Below are positions 1 through 5,944 of a stretch of DNA of 15,522 bases, in pieces. Both the position numbers and the translations under genes were made by a program. The first letter of the stretch is position 1. Every line of letters begins with the position of its first letter. The notes under the pieces are model-generated. The model was not told the DNA's origin and did no database searches. It worked only from the letters and a program-made list of their open reading frames with translations. The stretch covers positions 1-15,522 of the forward strand of contig JBGSTX010000131.1 in the NCBI GenBank assembly GCA_041736305.1, in the 5' to 3' direction. This DNA is from Oligoflexus sp. (GTDB lineage Bacteria; Bdellovibrionota_B; Oligoflexia; Oligoflexales; Oligoflexaceae).

Positions 1-2
1 TC

Positions 3-155
3 GAGGACGCGTACCCGCTTATCGTAGACCTTACTCAGATTGGTGATTTTAAGCTGCGTCTGCACAAGGGTCCCCTCTCGAATGAGGCCCTAAGAGGCGG
101 GCCTTCGCTTTTGGTGGAGCAGTTTTCGCTTTTTGCCAGGCTTATGTCCAGCTAA
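3..155 (+). CDS. 3' end of an unknown gene entering from the left edge (partial)
   Basis: The frame is open from the window edge for 50 codons (EDAYPLIVDLTQIGDFKLRLHKG...ARLMSS) to TAA 153-155. It ends 7 bp from the convergent hexR stop. No family recognised. Confidence 0.5.
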   Translation, partial: EDAYPLIVDLTQIGDFKLRLHKGPLSNEALRGGPSLLVEQFSLFARLMSS

Positions 156-162
156 AGCTGGC

Positions 163-1038
163 CTAACTGAGCCGAGCTTCGTCGCGAGTGAAGCGCGTGG
201 CTTTCAGCGAGTTTTTTATCTTCTTGAGGTGGTCGACAAAATCAGGTCCCCGCTTGAGAGTGACCCCAGTCGCCAGCACGTCGATGATGGTCAGCTGGAC
301 CAATCTCGATACGGCGGGAGTATAGACGTCAGTATCCTCAGCGGTTTCCACGCCTATGACCAGAGAGCAGTGCTGGGCGAGTGGCGAGCCAGGCATCGTG
401 ATGCCGATCACAGTAGCTCCCGCTTCTCTCGCCAATTTTGCGGCGTCGATCGTTGCGATCGTCCGACCCGTGTAAGAAACTATGACGACAGCATCGCCCC
501 GGCTGGCAGCGGCTGCCGACATACGTTGCATCATCACGTCGGTATAGGCAATGACAGGTGTGTTGAGACGGAAAAATTTGTGCTGCGCGTCGATTGCGAC
601 AGAGGAGGTGGCGCCGAGTCCGTAAAACTCTATGCGACGGGCCCCAGCCAAAGCATCTACAGCGCGCCCGATGACTTCGAAGTCTAGGTTACTCTTGGCG
701 TCGTCAAGAGCTGCCATCGTCATTTCGAATATTTTGACCGAGAAGTCTTTGACAGAATCCGACAGTTCGACGTTAGAATTCACGTAAGGAGTGCCGCTGG
801 CGAGACTTTGGGCCACCCGCAGTTTGAAATCTGGAAAGCCGCTACAATCTAAACTTCGACAGAAGCGATTGACTGTAGGCTCACTCACATCTGCACTTCG
901 TGCTAGGGCTGCAATGCTTGAACGAATAGTTCCATTCGGATCAGCGAGCACAACATCGGCAACCTTTAACTCAGACTTGCTCAGAAAGGGGCGCGTCGTC
1001 TTGATTTTCTGTAGAATATTAATGGTCTGCTCCCCCAA
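163..1038 (-). CDS. hexR: RpiR/HexR family transcriptional regulator (HTH + SIS domain), KDPG-responsive regulator of glucose/ED metabolism
   Basis: Motifs SIAALA..VSEPTVNRFCRSL..GFPDFKLRVAQSLASG, FYGLGA, DAQHKFFR, SYTGRT, EDTDVY and IDVLATGVTLKRG match gammaproteobacterial HexR. It is divergent from glk/eda. TTG start; an in-frame TGA at 1048-1050 limits extension. Confidence 0.93.
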   Translation of the reverse strand: MGEQTINILQKIKTTRPFLSKSELKVADVVLADPNGTIRSSIAALARSADVSEPTVNRFCRSLDCSGFPDFKLRVAQSLASGTPYVNSNVELSDSVKDFSVKIFEMTMAALDDAKSNLDFEVIGRAVDALAGARRIEFYGLGATSSVAIDAQHKFFRLNTPVIAYTDVMMQRMSAAAASRGDAVVIVSYTGRTIATIDAAKLAREAGATVIGITMPGSPLAQHCSLVIGVETAEDTDVYTPAVSRLVQLTIIDVLATGVTLKRGPDFVDHLKKIKNSLKATRFTRDEARLS

Positions 1039-1390
1039 AATATTTACTCACGACTCTCTGTAAGTTGGCGGTAAATAACCACGAATAGTCACCGCTGACA
1101 AGCGTTTATCTTTTAGCTGAGATTCGCGAGGAATGCAGTATTGGGTTGTGAGTGTCGTGATGACTTGCCTGCATCAAGTTGATAAGTCATCTGAATTATG
1201 GAGATATTTTGGACAGCAGAAGAACGACGCAGTAAAAAATCTGGAGGAAGCTTACAAGTTTTGTCGCTGCTGTCTGTCGTGCTTAAGTTCCCTCTTGTCT
1301 GCAAAAGCAGAGTAGGCGAGGGGCCTCGCTATGAGTTATAACCTGAGGCTCGCGAGACCTGAGTCAAGATTAAATGACGGAGTTTGTTTC

Positions 1391-2344
1391 ATGAATCATT
1401 ACCTAGTTGGAGATATCGGTGGAACAAACGCACGCCTGGGTCTCGTAACGGCTGAAGGCAATGAGGTGTTTGGCATCGAGCAGATGTCTAACAAAGATTA
1501 CCCAAGTCTAGTCGACGTTATCAATGACTACCTCAGCAAGGCTCAGTGCATCGTTCAGCCTAAGAAAGCCTGTTTTGCTGTCGCCTCGCCAGTTTCTAGC
1601 GATCAAATTAATTTCACCAACAACTCCTGGTCCTTTTCGATTCAAAATCTCAAGAGCCAACTCGGGCTCGAGTATCTGAAGGTCATCAATGACTTCGAAG
1701 GGATTGCGCGCAGCATTCCTTATTTGGGCGCGCGCGAAGTATTCAAGGTGGGTGGAGGCGAAGCCATTCCTCATCAACCCATAGCTATACTGGGGCCTGG
1801 CACCGGGCTTGGGATGGCAGCACTCGTTCCCGCCTTGCCCAAAGCTTTTCCTCTCGCGACGGAGGGTGGACATGCAAGCTTCGCCGCTACCGATGCAGTG
1901 GAAGAGCATATTCTGCATTTTCTGCGAGCTCAGCTGAGCTTTGTTTCCAACGAAGATATGCTCTCGGGTATGGGGATTATCAATACCTATCGAGCTCTCT
2001 GCGATTATCATAAGCAGAAGGTGCTCTATTCAGATGCTGCTGAGATCTTCAATCTGGCTCTCGATAAGAAGGATCATATCTGTCGGGAAACGCTCGAGCG
2101 CTTCTGTATGATATTAGGCTCGGTGGCTGGTGATTACGCGCTGCAGGTTGGGGCTAAGGGCGGCGTTTATATTGCAGGTGGTATAGTCCCTCGCATCAAA
2201 GATTTCTTAGCCCAAAGCCGCTTCCGCGAACGCTTTGTCAGCAAGGGACGTTTTCGTTCGTATCTTGAGGCGGTTCCTGTTTATGTAGTGATAGCTCCGC
2301 AGCCGGGCTTGATAGGGGCTGCCTCTGTATTTGATGAAATATGA
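1391..2344 (+). CDS. glk: Glucokinase (bacterial Glk family, non-ROK)
   Basis: Motifs LVGDIGGTNARL, INDFE, GPGTGLG, TEGGH, LSGMG, GGVYIAGGIVPR, RF..KGRF and PGLIGAA. Start moved from 1331 to ATG 1391 because GGAG lies at 1379-1382 and the family N-terminus begins there. Confidence 0.95.
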   Translation: MNHYLVGDIGGTNARLGLVTAEGNEVFGIEQMSNKDYPSLVDVINDYLSKAQCIVQPKKACFAVASPVSSDQINFTNNSWSFSIQNLKSQLGLEYLKVINDFEGIARSIPYLGAREVFKVGGGEAIPHQPIAILGPGTGLGMAALVPALPKAFPLATEGGHASFAATDAVEEHILHFLRAQLSFVSNEDMLSGMGIINTYRALCDYHKQKVLYSDAAEIFNLALDKKDHICRETLERFCMILGSVAGDYALQVGAKGGVYIAGGIVPRIKDFLAQSRFRERFVSKGRFRSYLEAVPVYVVIAPQPGLIGAASVFDEI

Positions 2345-2371
2345 GACCCAAGCCAATAAAGGGGTAAGGAC

Positions 2372-3013
2372 ATGCTACAGACTCGTTTGAAGGAAGCGAT
2401 GAACGCGGCGAAGATAATTCCCGCGGCCGTTTTGCAGGGACCCGAGGATGTGAGTGGTCTTAGCCGGCTGCTTAAGGATGCCGCTTATCCCGTGGTTGAG
2501 ATTCTCAACCGCAGCCCTTACACCTGGCAAGCTCTGGCGCAGATACGCGAAGAGAGCCCTGACTTGCTGGTTGGGGTCGGCACGATCCTTTCTATCGATG
2601 AAATGCGTCGCGCAGCGGCAGGTGGTGCGAGTTTTGCGGTGAGCCCTGGCTGGGATCCTGATCTTTGGGAAGAGGCGGAGCGCCTGGGTTTGCCTTACCT
2701 TCCTGGGGTCTCCAGCCCTAGCGAAGTCCAGCAGCTAGTGAAGCGCGGAGCGGTCCTGGCTAAATTCTTTCCTGCTGCCGCGCTCGGTACTGCTTACCTG
2801 GAGCAGATGGCGGCGGCTTACCCACAGATTCGTTTTACGGTGTCCGGTGGTCTTGGTGCAAACAACTGGCACGAATTCCTCGATCTGCCCCCGGTCATCG
2901 CTATTGGTGGTTCGTGGATGCTGCCGAAGAACTATGGTTTCGATCCAGATCACTCAGGGTTGGTTGCCGTTCTGAAAACTCTCCGTACCCGAGCTAATTA
3001 TCAGGGCAGCTGA
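2372..3013 (+). CDS. eda: KDPG/KHG aldolase (2-dehydro-3-deoxy-phosphogluconate aldolase)
   Basis: Motifs VVEILNRS (catalytic Glu/Arg), VGVGTI, FAVSPG, LPGVSSPSEV, KFFPA (Schiff-base Lys) and GGSW. AAGGA lies just upstream, 27 bp after glk. Confidence 0.9.
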   Translation: MLQTRLKEAMNAAKIIPAAVLQGPEDVSGLSRLLKDAAYPVVEILNRSPYTWQALAQIREESPDLLVGVGTILSIDEMRRAAAGGASFAVSPGWDPDLWEEAERLGLPYLPGVSSPSEVQQLVKRGAVLAKFFPAAALGTAYLEQMAAAYPQIRFTVSGGLGANNWHEFLDLPPVIAIGGSWMLPKNYGFDPDHSGLVAVLKTLRTRANYQGS

Positions 3014-3088
3014 TCTGCATCGTTCTGCGACAGCTTCACGGCTCCTAGCTCACTTGTCAGGAACTTGAGCAGTAGTAGGCTCAGTCTC

Positions 3089-3123
3089 AAAAACCGAGCG
3101 TAACCCACCTTCCTACGCTCGGT
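3089..3123 (-). terminator. Probable intrinsic terminator, U-tract on the minus strand
   Basis: Perfect 10-bp inverted repeat ACCGAGCGTA (3093-3102) / TACGCTCGGT (3114-3123) with an 11-nt loop. The A-run at 3089-3093 gives UUUUU on the minus strand; there is no U-tract on the plus side. Confidence 0.55.
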
Positions 3124-3360
3124 AATTAAGCTTAGAACGTCCTGAAAATGCTGCTAAATCTGCTACGCCTCAATTAAAACGGTAGCAGCCCGAATTGTAT
3201 ATTTATAAGAGGCTGCACAGCCTCTCGGTTTAGAGGAACGCTCATTGCACTGTATAGTTGGGAGAAGACCCTAGGGTTTTCTAAGTTTCTCTAAGCTCAT
3301 ATAGGGGCTCTCCGGTACACCCTAGAGGCGTGGAAAGAATAGCTCCTAAGTTTGCAACGG

Positions 3361-3399
3361 GCCCCGAGGTATAACTATCTCGGGGCTCTCCCATTTTTT
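3361..3399 (+). terminator. Probable intrinsic terminator
   Basis: GCCCCGAGGTA-taac-TATCTCGGGGC is an 11-bp stem with one G-U pair. It is followed by TCTCCCATTTTTT, so the U-run is displaced about 7 nt from the stem. Confidence 0.45.
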
Positions 3400-3437
3400 A
3401 GGGGTTCGCTGGTCGGGAGCTCCGGGCCGAGGCTCGA

Positions 3438-3620
3438 AGGCTGGCAAGTGACTTGAAAGAGCGATCGACACCAGCAGTCGACAAGAGGATCATCTGCACT
3501 GAATGCAGAGGCGAGATCAAAGATCAAGGCAAGTACCGTGAAGACGTTGAGATTGACCTGCATCCATCAAGGTTCGTCAAACGAACTGGTATTAAGGCGG
3601 GAAATGCTCGAAAAAGTTGA
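3438..3620 (+). pseudogene. Degenerate IS66-family transposase fragment (zinc-ribbon region)
   Basis: The translation RLASDLKER...DKRIICTECRGEIKDQGKYREDVEIDLHPSRFVKR resembles the IS66 TnpC zinc-finger segment (LP.HL.RE...CP.CGG.L..IGE...E.L.I.PA.F.V.R). The second CxxC is lost and there is no good start. Recognised by eye only. Confidence 0.45.
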
Positions 3621-3704
3621 ATTTGCTATGGACGGGCCGCGTTTGAAATTCGAAAAATCGAAGGTCATTTCTTCAGTTGCGGCGTAACTATATCCAAAGT
3701 TAAG

Positions 3705-3733
3705 AGGCAAACCTAATTGGTTTGCCTTTTTTT
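3705..3733 (+). terminator. Intrinsic terminator
   Basis: Perfect 9-bp stem AGGCAAACC-taatt-GGTTTGCCT immediately followed by T6. Confidence 0.8.
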
Positions 3734-3748
3734 GTCTAGTTCAAGAAA

Positions 3749-3777
3749 TTGTCCTGTGCACTGTAATTTGCTATCAT
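3749..3777 (+). promoter_or_regulatory. Sigma70-type promoter for the heme lipoprotein gene
   Basis: TTGTCC (3749-3754), a 17-bp spacer, then TATCAT (3772-3777) with an extended -10 TG at 3769-3770. It lies just downstream of the terminator and about 95 bp before the ATG. Confidence 0.5.
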
Positions 3778-3872
3778 GATGCGTGGTTTTATAAATTTAA
3801 TGGTAGAAAAGCTGTTCGCTCAGGGACAGCCTTTTCCCCAATTTAACGTCAGTTTTTTAAGGGAGCCCATTA

Positions 3873-5594
3873 ATGTTTGAAGGCCAAAGACTGAGTAAGG
3901 GTGTCGCGACCCTTTTGATGCTGGCATGCTGCACTTTGGCAATGGTCCAATGTAAATCTTTGTCGAAAGACGGATCAGCGCCCTTGGCTCAATCGGACCC
4001 TGAGAGCAATGCGGGTGGTCTGGACGTTAACGATGTCTCCATTCTGTTCCCCCTGCCTTCCGACCCAGCTGACATCAGCAAAATGCTGCCTTTGACCTTT
4101 GCCAATAACCAAGGGAAAACCCCTATATCAGCCGCTCTCTTTGCCGAAATTCTAGGCTTTCATAAACGCGAAATCACAGTTGATGGCAAGAGGACAGTTC
4201 TCAAAAGCGGCTCTAGATTCGATGGAAAAGCCCGAGCAAGTTTTGTTTCAACCAGAGTATTTGGTCCTTATGACAATAGCGAGGACTGGAAGATCGTCGC
4301 CATGCGCTTTGATCCTTGCGCACCTTCAGCGACTCACAGTATCAAGACCACAGGGCCGAAACAGAGCAGCTCAATAGTCGGCAATAAAGAATGCTTGCGT
4401 CAACTGAGACTAACTGCCCAGCCTGTGTTTGATAAATCCCGGGAAGAATCCGATTTTGATGGACCCATTATGGTAGGAGACTTCGCCCTGCACCTCTTGT
4501 TCACGCTCTCAGAAAGTGAAAGCGCGGCTATCTATAAGTCGCTCATGGACTTTCGCGATGAATGCAAGGACATGACCAGTGCTATGCCTCTCGGCATTCA
4601 TCCCTGCCTGCGTCTTGCCAGTGTCACAGGCCAATATGGTGAAGGCGCCTTCAAAACCGTCCAGTCATTAATCAAGAACTATGCGCAGAATTTGCAAGGT
4701 GTTGCGATGTTGGCGACTTTGAGTGGCGACGACCCCTGGACCTTCATGAACGGATTGATTAAAGACGGTCACTTCCAGCAAATGGTGATCGATGCGGTGA
4801 AAAAGGATGATCCAAAGGAACTCAAACGGGGAAAAAACGGCAACATTATAGAGCCCTTCTTAAACGGCTACTTTCAGCAGTTGAGTTTTCTTTCAGTGCC
4901 TGCCTCAGATGATCCTTTCTTTACAGCTATCCCGGCCAGTCAACGGCTAGCTCCCCCCGCGAACCCAGCCAAAGTCAAATTTTCTTTCACCGATGCCCAA
5001 TTTGATGCTCCGCCGAATTTTTTAGTTGATCGCATGAAAGCGAAAAATCAGCTAGCGTTCTTCAGTACGGTGAACGTTATAGAAAACCCCTTGCAAGCCG
5101 ACTTCTTTACCCACGACTGCGCAAGCTGCCACATGGCTTCAGCAGTTGTGTTCCAAAATATTAGAGACGGTCTGCTGCTGAAAGGTGGAAAAGAATTACC
5201 TGGCCAATCAGAATATTCATACCGATTGTTTAAGGACCGTGATTTTATCGATCGTAGCATCAGAGTAGTCGATAGAAGACTATTTGATGCCGATTCGTTT
5301 TCTGTCGGACCTGAATATATAACGGGTGTCGACGCTTTTACGCTTCCTCGCGGAAGTAGCCGCCCAACCACTCTTCAGCATTTTGGCTATCGCGGCGCTA
5401 AAGCCCAGGTCAGCCAACGGACCGCAAATGAATCGGCTCTGGTCGCGAAACAGGCCAATGAGCTGTATTTCTCGTCTCGAGCCCCGAACAACAGCTGCCC
5501 GCGAAAAGAGCTGATTCAGTGTATCAATTCTCCGGAAATGCCCTTTGCTTTTTCCAAATCGCCAGACAAATTGCTCTCTTATTGTTTGAATTAG
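3873..5594 (+). CDS. Uncharacterised exported lipoprotein with a single CxxCH heme c motif; the frame probably extends through TAG 5592-5594 to 5906
   Basis: RBS AAGGGAG, a hydrophobic signal with lipobox-like Cys (LLMLAC19 or MVQC27), CASCH at 5118-5132 (C416/C419/H420), and 573 aa to the TAG. Confidence 0.8.
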   Translation: MFEGQRLSKGVATLLMLACCTLAMVQCKSLSKDGSAPLAQSDPESNAGGLDVNDVSILFPLPSDPADISKMLPLTFANNQGKTPISAALFAEILGFHKREITVDGKRTVLKSGSRFDGKARASFVSTRVFGPYDNSEDWKIVAMRFDPCAPSATHSIKTTGPKQSSSIVGNKECLRQLRLTAQPVFDKSREESDFDGPIMVGDFALHLLFTLSESESAAIYKSLMDFRDECKDMTSAMPLGIHPCLRLASVTGQYGEGAFKTVQSLIKNYAQNLQGVAMLATLSGDDPWTFMNGLIKDGHFQQMVIDAVKKDDPKELKRGKNGNIIEPFLNGYFQQLSFLSVPASDDPFFTAIPASQRLAPPANPAKVKFSFTDAQFDAPPNFLVDRMKAKNQLAFFSTVNVIENPLQADFFTHDCASCHMASAVVFQNIRDGLLLKGGKELPGQSEYSYRLFKDRDFIDRSIRVVDRRLFDADSFSVGPEYITGVDAFTLPRGSSRPTTLQHFGYRGAKAQVSQRTANESALVAKQANELYFSSRAPNNSCPRKELIQCINSPEMPFAFSKSPDKLLSYCLN

Positions 5595-5906
5595 CTCTGC
5601 CCTAAAAAGGAATCCTCATTAGCTGCTATTTTTCAGGCCAATCGCTTTCAATCATATCGAGTTTTGCAGGATGTCCCCGTTGGTGCTTCGAGTCTCATGA
5701 ATGAAGATAAGCAAAAGGCCTTTCTCAAGAAAAACACAGTTTTCCGTGGTGAACTTAATGCGTCGGACTTTGTAGGAGTCGGCTTTCTAATTGATTCCCC
5801 CGATATTATTGAAATAGAGGTCAATGGTACAAAAGCCTATTCTTTGCCTGGCACAGGTGTCCAAGTAAAAGTGGACAAACTTGACGCATACTTTGAGAAG
5901 CTATAA
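5595..5906 (+). pseudogene. In-frame continuation (103 codons) of the lipoprotein beyond an internal amber codon
   Basis: Same frame as 3873 with no stop between 5595 and TAA 5904-5906: LCPKKESSLAAIFQANRFQSYRVLQDVPVG...DAYFEKL. The listed 5664 ORF has a TTG start and no good RBS. Confidence 0.7.
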
Positions 5907-5944
5907 AGTGTTTTGTCGCAAACTATGTCGGGGTTCTCCCCTTT

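Noticed and set aside
133..1063. Plus-strand ORFs 133-687 and 791-1063
   Set aside because: Antisense shadows of hexR with no recognisable motifs.
1113..1315. 60-aa Cys-rich ORF (1133-1315, +) and 63-aa ORF (1113-1304, -)
   Set aside because: No properly spaced RBS, no recognisable family, and they lie in a divergent promoter region. They cannot be fully excluded.
3098..3116. GCGTAACCCACC..CCTAC resembles GTAG-family REP sequences
   Set aside because: Single partial copy, no RAYT gene nearby, and adequately explained as a terminator hairpin.
3395..3430. TAGGGGTTCG..CTGGTCGGGAG resembles the 5' half of a ykkC/guanidine-I riboswitch
   Set aside because: The conserved 3' stem (ACGG.GGGA.AAAAGCCCGGGAG) is absent and there is no cognate downstream gene.
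3375..3563. 62-aa minus-strand ORF with a hydrophobic N-terminus
   Set aside because: It overlaps the IS66-like relic on the opposite strand and runs through a hairpin; no clear RBS.
3762..3776. TGTAATTTGCTATCA as a HexR box
   Set aside because: Only one half-site matches, and the sequence is better explained as promoter spacer and -10.
5592..5594. Genome-wide TAG reassignment or pyrrolysine
   Set aside because: No other conserved gene in the window has an internal TAG, hexR ends at TAG at the expected length, and no pyl genes are visible.
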